Shown one piece after another: positions 1 through 7,983 of a DNA stretch of 36,278 nucleotides. The stretch is from Leptospirales bacterium. GTDB taxonomy: Bacteria; Spirochaetota; Leptospiria; Turneriellales; JAOUFE01. Below the pieces are notes generated by a model. The model worked only from the letters and a program-made list of their open reading frames with translations. It did not search any database and was not told where the DNA came from. Position 1 is the first letter of the stretch. Each line of letters begins with the position of its first letter. Location: positions 1 to 36,278 of the forward strand of contig JBEQLE010000043.1 in NCBI GenBank assembly GCA_040326155.1. The letters run 5' to 3'. Made by a program: the position numbers and the translations under genes.

Positions 1-327
1 GTATTTGTCAAAAAATTCTGAGAATGCATCGCCGCCGACTTTTAGTTTCTGGGCTCCGTTTTTAGCCTCTGGTACTTTCTTCAAAATCATCTGGTGAATG
101 ATGTCGAGTGACCGGTTGACAATGGCCAAATAAATTTCTGATTTTCCAGAAAAATATAAATACAAAGTGCCTTTTGCAAATTCCGCTTCAACAGCAATTT
201 CATTTATACTTGTTTCTTCATAACCTTTTGAAAAGAATAGTCTTTCGGCAGCGTCCAGAATTTCATTGCGCTTTCTTGCTTGGTCACGTTCTTTTCGGGT
301 TAATGTGGGTTTTTCAGGTTCTGTCAT
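1..327 (-). CDS. TetR/AcrR family transcriptional regulator (3' end runs off the window)
   Basis: Manual translation from ATG at 327: MTEPEKPTLTRKERDQARKRNEILDAAERLFFSKGYEETSINEIAVEAEFAKGTLYLYFSGKSEIY..., a classic TetR N-terminal HTH. Not in the ORF track. Confidence 0.95.
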   Translation of the reverse strand, partial: MTEPEKPTLTRKERDQARKRNEILDAAERLFFSKGYEETSINEIAVEAEFAKGTLYLYFSGKSEIYLAIVNRSLDIIHQMILKKVPEAKNGAQKLKVGGDAFSEFFDKY

Positions 328-628
328 AACAAAGTACGTTTGGTTGTTCTCCTAATATGAAAAATATACAATGAAATCATCACGTAAGCGATTCCATTTG
401 TCCATCAAATCCCTAACCTATGTTAAAAAAGATTCAAAAAGGATTGACAATTCATTCATTTTGTAATCTGGTACCTATAAATGACCATCGTTCTAAACAA
501 TAAACCTATAGTCACAATATGGTCCCAAGGACATTTCGAGGGAAACTTTTCATGTGACAAGACTTTTCTCTTCCTCATTCTCGATTCAACAAACTCAAAT
601 GGCAAAAAGATCTTAAAAAGTAACACTA

Positions 629-1396
629 TTGAATGAGCAATTCGTTGTAAATACAGGAACGATGGAGCAAAAAATGAACACAACAACCATGAACAACAAG
701 AAATCATGGATAGATCCGATGATGCTTGGCATCTTAGGCTGTGAGAGCATGGCGATTTTTGGTATGCTCTCCCCTACTATGCATGGGGTGGCCGGATTTT
801 TTGATATGTCTTTAATGCAGGGCCAGACAGAGTTTGAAAACCTGGAATTTATTCATTTTGTAGAAAATTCCATTGGTTGGATGATCGAACCATTATTGTT
901 TATATCTATTCTATTTACAGCAATAGGATTCAAAACTATCAGCAAAAAATATTCACAATTTTCGGTTAAACGCGTGGTTTGGAGTTTGCTTTTCTTTGCC
1001 TTTACCAGGTTGATCATGATGGTTATACACATCGTTTTTGCGAGTATGTTTCAGGAGTATTCCCAGACGGGTAATCCGGCGTCATTTCTGATGATGGGTC
1101 CCATAAAAGGTATTGCTGCCTTACTTGCTGCTATTGGTGGAATTATTTCAGCGTATTATATGTCGCGATATTTTCAATTTTTTGAGGCTAGTGATACATC
1201 CGGGCCAGGTAAAACAGGTGGGACGTTGATTATTGGGTCTGTCATGATTGGTGTCTTTGTAAAAACGATGTCAATTTACATATGGCCATTTTTTTTAACA
1301 AATATATTTTTTCTCAGTATGGCCCTCAAGAGCATTGGCATCTCTATGATAGCCATGCATATGTATAAATTAGGAGAAAATCATGAAATATATTAA
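629..1396 (+). CDS. Hypothetical polytopic membrane protein
   Basis: 255-aa ORF with ~6 hydrophobic segments. True start may be ATG 662 or 674 (GGAG at 664-667). Overlaps the next gene. Confidence 0.75.
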   Translation: MNEQFVVNTGTMEQKMNTTTMNNKKSWIDPMMLGILGCESMAIFGMLSPTMHGVAGFFDMSLMQGQTEFENLEFIHFVENSIGWMIEPLLFISILFTAIGFKTISKKYSQFSVKRVVWSLLFFAFTRLIMMVIHIVFASMFQEYSQTGNPASFLMMGPIKGIAALLAAIGGIISAYYMSRYFQFFEASDTSGPGKTGGTLIIGSVMIGVFVKTMSIYIWPFFLTNIFFLSMALKSIGISMIAMHMYKLGENHEIY

Positions 1397-2228
1397 TAAA
1401 TTTTTAGTTCTTTTTATACTTTTTATATCAGGAGTTTTACCTGCTTGGGGGCAAAATATTTCAGCTGAACAAGTACTTGAAAAGAAACCAATACTTGGGC
1501 TTCATTTTCAGAGTGTCAGTGATTATATCTGGCGCGGTACAAATTACTTTGTGAACATGTATGCCTTTAGTAATCAAAATCAGAAGGTGGTCAATTTTAT
1601 TCCGGCTCTAACACCAGTCATTACGTGGTATACTCCGGTTCCAGGTTTGAGACTGGATATGGGGTATGTGATTCCCTTGATAAACAGAGATTTTGGTCAG
1701 GGAAATTTAGCCTCGGTGGAGCAGTATTTTTATAATCTGCGTTATAAATATATTAATCCCGGCGGTGAATTTGAATTTGGTTTTAAAGTATACACGTTTC
1801 CAACCAGTGGTCCGCTTTTGCCAATTGAAAGCTTTGGAGAATTTATGGTGTCATATACTGCACCCATACTATTGAAACCGAACTGGACTGCGCATTCCTC
1901 TTTGGGGGGAATAAACGGATCCACCATACATCATACTCTATCTATAGAACACAGGTTTCATCTTGGTCTGTTTTCCATCATGCCCAAAATTGTGTTAGGT
2001 TATATGATGCTCATCCAAGATCCGAAACTGAATTACCCTTATGTTGACTATATGGTTGGTTTTAATTTTCAACTGGCGAAAAATATGAAAATTTATATTA
2101 GGCCGCTTGCCGTATACAGACCATTTTTTGGAAAAGGACAATCCACTCTGGTTAACGCAAGGGGGGAGAGTTATGATAAGCAAAGTCTATTGATGTCTCT
2201 TACGTTGGGCTACGAGATTATTTTTTAA
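1383..2228 (+). CDS. Putative outer-membrane beta-barrel protein (Gcw_chp/TorF-like)
   Basis: Signal peptide, VSDYIWRG motif resembling the Gcw_chp SDYxFRG motif, alternating aromatic strands, C-terminal Phe (LGYEIIF). Confidence 0.65.
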   Translation: MKYINKFLVLFILFISGVLPAWGQNISAEQVLEKKPILGLHFQSVSDYIWRGTNYFVNMYAFSNQNQKVVNFIPALTPVITWYTPVPGLRLDMGYVIPLINRDFGQGNLASVEQYFYNLRYKYINPGGEFEFGFKVYTFPTSGPLLPIESFGEFMVSYTAPILLKPNWTAHSSLGGINGSTIHHTLSIEHRFHLGLFSIMPKIVLGYMMLIQDPKLNYPYVDYMVGFNFQLAKNMKIYIRPLAVYRPFFGKGQSTLVNARGESYDKQSLLMSLTLGYEIIF

Positions 2229-2322
2229 ATTTAACCGTACTCGATACAACTCGAAATAAATTTTATGAAGGATAGAAAATAATGAATAATAAAAAAGATA
2301 ATGTGATTTTCAGGAGTGTATT

Positions 2323-3066
2323 ATGAATGATAGAAAGAATATTGACAGACTAAGAATACCATTGATTTTCAGGATTCTTATGATTAACATGGTGTTCTTT
2401 CTTTTTGTGGGATTAAGCCTAGAGCAACAAATTGAAGCAAATGAAAAGATAAACGTTGTCAGATATCGAACTATTCGACACACAGGCAATATTGAACCCT
2501 GGAGTATGAGAATTGATTCCAAGGGTGACGAAGTAAAGGTTACAATCGATGGAAGAACCAAAACCGGCGAGATGACCAAAACTAATGTTATTCTAATTCA
2601 AAAGCAAATTCAAAAAATCGAAATTTATGAAAACGATATTTTAATTCGCTCCATTCAATATGATTATGAAAAACTCCGTGTTCTGGTTATGCAAAACAAC
2701 CAGGGCAAGATCAAAGAAAAATCATATGATTTAAAAGATAATATTTTAGAAAACGAAGCGTTGATCTATCTTTTCGGGATTATGAATTTAAATCCGGGTG
2801 AGAAATATGTATTCAACCATTTAAACAGCAAAGACCTTCGTGTGGCAGAGATGTACCTTAAAAACAAAGGCGAAGAGTCGATGGAAATAAATGGCAAGAA
2901 ATATCAAGCCGTTAAATATGAAATGGGTCTGAACGGATATATACTTTCCAAGTTCTGGCCTCATAAGTACTATTGGTGGTATGATAAAAAAACAGGAAAA
3001 TTTCTTCAATATGAGGGAATGAGCGCCGATGGGAAAAATATCGATCGCAATGAAATTGTGGAATAG
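2323..3066 (+). CDS. Hypothetical exported/membrane-anchored protein (DUF3108-like)
   Basis: AGGAG RBS. N-terminal hydrophobic segment. C-terminal GEESMEINGKKYQAVKYEM...YWWYD...FLQYEG pattern typical of DUF3108-like beta proteins. Confidence 0.65.
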   Translation: MNDRKNIDRLRIPLIFRILMINMVFFLFVGLSLEQQIEANEKINVVRYRTIRHTGNIEPWSMRIDSKGDEVKVTIDGRTKTGEMTKTNVILIQKQIQKIEIYENDILIRSIQYDYEKLRVLVMQNNQGKIKEKSYDLKDNILENEALIYLFGIMNLNPGEKYVFNHLNSKDLRVAEMYLKNKGEESMEINGKKYQAVKYEMGLNGYILSKFWPHKYYWWYDKKTGKFLQYEGMSADGKNIDRNEIVE

Positions 3067-3099
3067 TCATTTATAAAGGGCACCTTTAAAGGAATTCAA

Positions 3100-3516
3100 A
3101 TGAACAAAGAAGAAGAAGAAAAAAATAACAACGAAAGAATGAAAAAAGTTCTAAAGCGAATAGCAATGCTATTTCTTGGCGTCCATGGGCTTATGGAACT
3201 GTCAGGTATTTTTATGATTTTTACGGGGGCTTCTGATAACACACACTCTCCGGTGTTTTATATGCAGTGGTTGAATCAAAATATTGCCGTTGTATCAGTT
3301 TTTGGAGTTTGCGCCGGTATCATTCGTTTGACTGCTTTTATAGGGCTATGGAAAAATCGCAAATGGGCTGCCCACATGACCATATACATTTCATTGGTGA
3401 CCTTTGCCACATTGACTTTTTATCTACCATATGGAGCTATTGATGCTGTTATGGCGACACCACCTTTTATCATTATGTTGATATTGTTATATTATAAGTC
3501 CGATCTGATAGAATGA
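3100..3516 (+). CDS. Small 4-TM membrane protein
   Basis: 138-aa ORF, four hydrophobic helices, GLWKNRKWA loop motif. Confidence 0.75.
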   Translation: MNKEEEEKNNNERMKKVLKRIAMLFLGVHGLMELSGIFMIFTGASDNTHSPVFYMQWLNQNIAVVSVFGVCAGIIRLTAFIGLWKNRKWAAHMTIYISLVTFATLTFYLPYGAIDAVMATPPFIIMLILLYYKSDLIE

Positions 3517-3534
3517 TCAGATATATTTGATAAA

Positions 3535-3628
3535 GGGCACCTCTAAAAACCTGCTTTTTTGTAAAAAAAGTGGGTTTTATCGGCCTTTGTGCCCCTACGC
3601 CGTAAAAACGAAGCTTTTAGAGATGCCC
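3535..3628. mobile_element. MITE copy 1 (terminal inverted repeats GGGCACCTCTAAAA / TTTTAGAGATGCCC)
   Basis: Terminal IRs, flanking direct repeat TAAA (3531-3534 and 3629-3632), and a near-identical inverted copy at 35959-36055. Confidence 0.85.
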
Positions 3629-4002
3629 TAAAGAATAATTACTTAAAAAGTATGGCATGGGGGTTGGTCTTTACCAGTAATCGGGAGGAAGTTGGCTATG
3701 AAAAACCTGGATCTGACCAAATATGGTACACCGCCGATGATGAACCACATTACTATACTTTGTATTCATATCGACAAAAGAGTTTACATCTTCAAATAAC
3801 GTATACTGAGCCAGGATCTGATAACAAATGGTTCACTGAAGATGACGAAATCGCTGAATACATAAAAAGAAAATTTAATTACGATGGAGCTTTACTCAAA
3901 GAAGAAAGCTTTAATGGACCGGGTCCAGATCAGACCTGGTTTACATACGATGATGTCATGGACTGGTTTATCCATTATGAACTGCAGGTTTTTCCCCGAT
4001 AA
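3589..4002 (+). pseudogene. 5'-truncated protein with three PGxDxxWxTxDD repeats
   Basis: ORF start lies inside the MITE. Repeats PGSDQIWYTADD, PGSDNKWFTEDD and PGPDQTWFTYDD indicate real coding sequence downstream of 3630. Confidence 0.6.
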
Positions 4003-4012
4003 GTCTAAATAT

Positions 4013-4257
4013 TCACCTGGGAATTTTTATATCTTTAACCAACTCTGGTATATCAGTTTCTTTGGCAGGCCAATTAAAGTCGTTAAAATAGATTTCTATG
4101 TCTTTACGGATAATCGGTCTAAACTTTCCATTTGATTTGATGTAAACAATTTAACCCTACGTTTTAAGTTCATGGCAGCTTTATAACTAATCTGTAATCT
4201 GCGACTGATCTCCATTGTGGTTAAAACCTTTGGGTGCTGAATCATACTCTCATGAAT
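4013..4257 (-). pseudogene. Frameshifted internal fragment of a probable IS1595-family transposase
   Basis: Manual translation HESMIQHPKVLTTMEISRRLQISYKAAMNLKRRVKLF..., then a frameshift to RPIIRKDIEIYFNDFNWP. Resembles the 'isrrlgisyk.a..l..r' HTH of IS1595 transposases. Family call from memory. Confidence 0.55.
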
Positions 4258-4378
4258 GAAATAAACACATCAAACTTTTTTCCCGCCAATTTTCCAATAT
4301 TTGACCGGGCTTTTCGCCCCAGAAAATTCCAGAAATTAGAATATTGGTATCAATTACGACTTTTACTTTTCCTGACAT
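4250..4378 (-). pseudogene. Truncated PIN-domain (VapC-like) toxin
   Basis: MSGKVKVVIDTNILISGIFWGEKPGQILENWREK contains the PIN N-terminal VVIDTN motif. Overlaps the antitoxin 3' end and stops after 42 aa. Confidence 0.85.
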
Positions 4379-4622
4379 TCTTGATAACTTTACCGACTTC
4401 TGATTTATCAATTCCTCGGGCTTTAACCAGGTTTCTACTTTTTTTAATTAGCTCTTTGAAATCCTGTATTTTCGGCTTATCGATTTTTTTTAAAAGTATA
4501 TTATCTCCATCTGTTAAAACAGCAAATTTAGACCCTGCTTCAATATGCAGTTCTTTTCTTATACTCCCTGGTATTACTACCTGTCCTTTTGAAGAGAGAG
4601 TCGTTATTTCTAAATCTTTCAT
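4350..4622 (-). CDS. AbrB/MazE/SpoVT family antitoxin
   Basis: TTLSSKGQVVIPGSIRKELHIEAG motif, GAGGA RBS, coupled to the PIN remnant. Confidence 0.92.
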   Translation of the reverse strand: MKDLEITTLSSKGQVVIPGSIRKELHIEAGSKFAVLTDGDNILLKKIDKPKIQDFKELIKKSRNLVKARGIDKSEVGKVIKNVRKSKSRN

Positions 4623-4632
4623 AATGTCCTCT

Positions 4633-4680
4633 GTAAGATTTTCTTACTTACACCGTACAAAATATTATGCCTATAGTCAA
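4633..4680 (-). promoter_or_regulatory. Sigma70-like promoter and palindromic operator of the TA operon
   Basis: Minus strand TTGACT (4680-4675), 17 bp, TACGGT (4657-4652). Inverted repeat GTAAGA-TTT-TCTTAC at 4633-4647 just downstream. Confidence 0.6.
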
Positions 4681-4767
4681 TTCTTTTTGCGATGCAGACT
4701 TTTGGAGAAAAATATTTTTATATGCTTACGCCCTTTCTGGAACACCTTGTGAGAAGCGCTTCCCCCA

Positions 4768-4962
4768 TCACTCATCCGACGACCACGCATAAAACTCACT
4801 CAACGAACCATCGACCGTTCTATACTGAATTTCAATCGGCCGACAACACACTTCGCAATCTTCCACGTAGGTTTGTTCGGCAATGCTGAGATCTAAAATC
4901 ATAGAAACAGTGGCGCCACAATAAGGGCAGCTAAAATAATGTACTGTTGATAACTCTGACAC
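4768..4962 (-). CDS. CPXCG-motif cysteine-rich protein
   Basis: CPYCG...DLS...QTYVEDCEVCCRPI signature. Confidence 0.92.
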   Translation of the reverse strand: MSELSTVHYFSCPYCGATVSMILDLSIAEQTYVEDCEVCCRPIEIQYRTVDGSLSEFYAWSSDE

Positions 4963-5060
4963 AGGTTACTATTTTTTATCTGTGTCATGGAGAAAGTAAA
5001 TTATACTATGTAAAGTAAAACTGCAAAAGTTAAATAATCTTTCTTGAGGTTATACAAAAA

Positions 5061-5250
5061 CGCGCAGCCAGAAACGGACCGCTACTGAATCAATACCGGG
5101 AATCTAGCCGGTTTTGGCCGAAGCAAACGAAAGCGGTCGCGTTAGTTTGCGAGGTCTGGCTGGTTTTGCGAACGAAAACCAGGCCTTTTGGTTACTTTTC
5201 TTTTTGTGGAAAAAGAAAAGTGACACCTCTCCGACGGTAAGTCGGAAAAA
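5061..5250 (+). ncRNA. Candidate multi-stem structured RNA/ssDNA element with a possible pseudoknot
   Basis: At least six complementary pairs in 190 nt, GC-richer than the flanks (see findings). Strand and function are uncertain. Confidence 0.45.
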
Positions 5251-5514
5251 TAAATATAAATATTGTATAACAAAAAACTTCAAACATGAAAACATGTAAA
5301 AATAAAAAACACGGGGGGTAGGCCGAGACCGTGGCTTGGCCGAGGGGGCAGACTTGCCACCTATTTAAAATATTATTCAATACATTGAAATTTCCATATT
5401 TTCCAACTTAAAGCGCGCCAGCTATTAAATTCACAAAAAATGCTTAACCCGTTAGCTTAATTTTATATTGTGTATCTATTATTCTGGATAGCAAAACAAG
5501 ACGATGATACAAAT

Positions 5515-6060
5515 ATGATACCCACACTCGAAACAGAAAGGTTGTACTTAAAACCGCTTGAATTAAAATTTGCGGATGACATATTTGAATACGCAAGTCT
5601 CGATACGGTTTCAAAATATGCGGTATGGCCGACCCACAAATCGATAGAAGACTCGCAAAGCTTTATTACTTTTTGCATGGCGCGCTATGGCTCGGGACGC
5701 TTCTACGACTGGGCTCTGGTATTAAAAAACAACAAAAACAAAGTAATTGGGACGTGCGGTCTGCCAAACATTATACCCGACACCAAAGAAGGTGAAATTG
5801 GTTTTATCGTCTCCCCTGAATTCGCCAACCAGGGATATACGGCAGAAGCCGCTTCCGGAGTAATCGATTTTGCTTTTAACAAATTAGATCTTGCCCGAGT
5901 CATTGCAAAAGTGGCGACAGAAAACCTGCCCTCGTCGAAGTTAGCCGAAAAACTTGGCATGAAAAAAAACAAAGTCATTAAAAATGGTCTTCGTAATCAT
6001 ACGGGCATTTACGATCTCAATCTTTTTGTACTCGAACGACCCATAGAATTTAACTTTTAA
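5515..6060 (+). CDS. GNAT N-acetyltransferase, RimJ/RimL family
   Basis: MIPTLETERLYLKP start, GEIGF...NQGYTAEA and ENLPSSKLAEKLGM motifs. The ORF track starts at GTG 5470; ATG 5515 is more likely. Confidence 0.92.
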   Translation: MIPTLETERLYLKPLELKFADDIFEYASLDTVSKYAVWPTHKSIEDSQSFITFCMARYGSGRFYDWALVLKNNKNKVIGTCGLPNIIPDTKEGEIGFIVSPEFANQGYTAEAASGVIDFAFNKLDLARVIAKVATENLPSSKLAEKLGMKKNKVIKNGLRNHTGIYDLNLFVLERPIEFNF

Positions 6061-6246
6061 TTCTAGCCACGGCGACATCGACCACTATGAATACCACCTG
6101 TTATGATACAAAAAATTGGATTTTGAATATTAATATAAAGTTAAGCCCTGATATTAAATAATAGCAAAACTTACTTGACCGACTGAAAGGTTACCCGCAA
6201 GAACCTAATGAATAGTATTCAAAAAATTATTAAAAGGAGTATATTT

Positions 6247-6870
6247 ATGAAAAAAATTAAAGCGATGTTAATTATTTGCTCTCTACTACTTGTTGCGACT
6301 CAAACTCAGGCAGTAGAGTCTAACAAAGTGCAAACGGAAAACTTTTATGAAAGTACCATTGTACCCACGATGCCCGTAATGCCACTAAACTCATGGTCAC
6401 CACAATATGATGGGTTCATGCTAACTGGTTCTGGCGGAATGGCCCCCAAAACTGGAATGTGGGTTGGTTTTGGTATAAACTTCTTTGTAGGTTTTGGAAT
6501 TGGGTCTTACGTTCAAGGCGATAGCCTTGCAGGTACTATTGGCCTTATTGGAGACCTTTCTGGTGGTGGTTTAATCATTGGTGGTTATTTGACCGCTTTA
6601 AGTGCAGCAAGTAAAATCTTGCTTGGTCAGGACGGGAGTGCTGATCTTGCAACGTCCGTGACCTTGTATGTAATTGGCGGGATTGTTTTAGGCGCTTCTC
6701 GCATATATCAATTAATTGCGCCATTTGTCTTTTACAACAAAAATGCTGCATACCTGTTTGATTCGAACAGAAAAGTATCGATGTTTCTAACTCCTAACCT
6801 TCATGTAGATCCGTTAGTAAATACTGTCTCAGTAGACGGTGTAAACGTGGGAATGAACCATAGGTTTTAA
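6247..6870 (+). CDS. P13-like (Borrelia P13 family) outer-membrane protein, copy 1
   Basis: Signal peptide, NFFVGFGIGSYVQGD motif and SRIYQLIAPF motif characteristic of P13. AGGAG RBS precedes ATG 6247. Confidence 0.8.
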   Translation: MKKIKAMLIICSLLLVATQTQAVESNKVQTENFYESTIVPTMPVMPLNSWSPQYDGFMLTGSGGMAPKTGMWVGFGINFFVGFGIGSYVQGDSLAGTIGLIGDLSGGGLIIGGYLTALSAASKILLGQDGSADLATSVTLYVIGGIVLGASRIYQLIAPFVFYNKNAAYLFDSNRKVSMFLTPNLHVDPLVNTVSVDGVNVGMNHRF

Positions 6871-6888
6871 TTAAGAACAGTTAAGACG

Positions 6889-6927
6889 AGCCTGGCCGAG
6901 TAGTCTTTCAGAGTACCCGGCCAGGCT
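6889..6927. terminator. GC-rich hairpin after P13 copy 1
   Basis: AGCCTGGCCG...CGGCCAGGCT perfect 10-bp stem. No U-tract, so the terminator role is uncertain. Confidence 0.45.
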
Positions 6928-7072
6928 GCTACTCAAGCACTTCAAAATTCGGTTTTATTCCAGCCAGTTCAATGGCTTTTTCACAATATTGGCGAAAAGC
7001 AGGCATCGTGTCTGACTGGTAACCCTGCGCAACTTGTGACCATGGCTCGGGTTGTGAAAGTGGATTACTCAT
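6905..7072 (-). pseudogene. 5' remnant of a class I SAM-dependent methyltransferase
   Basis: MSNPLSQPEPWSQVAQGYQSDTMPAFRQYCEKAIELAGIKPNFEVLE*, then a frameshift to VAAWPGTL, a decayed VLDVAxGPG motif I. Confidence 0.7.
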
Positions 7073-7272
7073 TCATCAGTTTAAACAAAACCTTTGAGCT
7101 GTCAATTAAATACAATAATACACTGATCAATCACCAGGGTACAACCAATTATGGCACAAAAAATCTATATTAGATAGTCATATAAAGTTGAACCATGACA
7201 TAAGTTGATTAAAAAATTACGCTTGACCGCCTGACCATTACACGCTATATCTAATAAAAAAGAGGTTGGTTT

Positions 7273-7872
7273 ATGAAAAATATAAAAGCAGTTTTAGTTG
7301 TTTGCTCTATTTTACTTTTTGCGACTCAAACTCAGGCAGTAGAGTCTAACAATGTTCAAACTGAGAACTTTTACAAAAGTACCGTCGTACCCACGATGCC
7401 ACTAAACTCATGGTCACCACAAAATAATGGCTTCATGTTAACTGGTTTTGGCGGAATTGACCCCAAAACTGGAATGTGGGTTGGTTTTGGTATAAACCTC
7501 TTTGTAGGTTTTGGAATTGGATCATTCATTCAAGGAGATACCGCTTCAGGTACTATTGGCCTGCTTGGAGACCTTACTGGTATTATCTTAATCTTTGGCG
7601 GTTATTTGAGGGGATTAATTCCAGCGCTTTTGGGCGACGAGAGAGTTGATACAACGACGACAGCCATGTATATAACTGGTGGGGTTGTCTTATGCGCTTC
7701 TCGCATATTTCAATGGATTGCACCCTTTGTCTTTTACAACAAAAATGCTGCGTACCTGTTTGACTCGAAAAGAAAAGTATCGCTGTTTCTAACTCCTAAC
7801 CTTCATGTAGATCCGTTAGTAAATACTGTCTCATTAGACGGTGTAAACGTGGGAATGAAGCATAGGTTTTAA
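7273..7872 (+). CDS. P13-like outer-membrane protein, copy 2
   Basis: NLFVGFGIGSFIQGD motif. Tandem paralogue of 6247-6870 with near-identical termini. Confidence 0.8.
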   Translation: MKNIKAVLVVCSILLFATQTQAVESNNVQTENFYKSTVVPTMPLNSWSPQNNGFMLTGFGGIDPKTGMWVGFGINLFVGFGIGSFIQGDTASGTIGLLGDLTGIILIFGGYLRGLIPALLGDERVDTTTTAMYITGGVVLCASRIFQWIAPFVFYNKNAAYLFDSKRKVSLFLTPNLHVDPLVNTVSLDGVNVGMKHRF

Positions 7873-7910
7873 TTAAGAGCAGTAATACATCGATCGGCCG
7901 CGGATTTTAT

Positions 7911-7983
7911 AAAAGGGGAAGCGGCGGCTCTTTTTATTAAAGCACAAGACCTTGTGCCTTAATAAAAAAGTCATACTATCAAT
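7911..7983 (+). repeat. Partial copy of the modular three-stem repeat
   Basis: AAAAGGGGAAGC start plus hairpin TTTTTATTAAAGCACAAG-AC-CTTGTGCCTTAATAAAAA, similar to the central hairpin at 12923-12969. Confidence 0.5.

Noticed and set aside
4234..4752. 172-aa + strand ORF and the other short antisense ORFs within long genes
   Set aside because: Antisense shadows of well-supported genes with no recognisable motifs.
5104..5380. Three 61-63 aa ORFs
   Set aside because: They overlap the structured non-coding element and have low-complexity translations driven by its T/A tracts.
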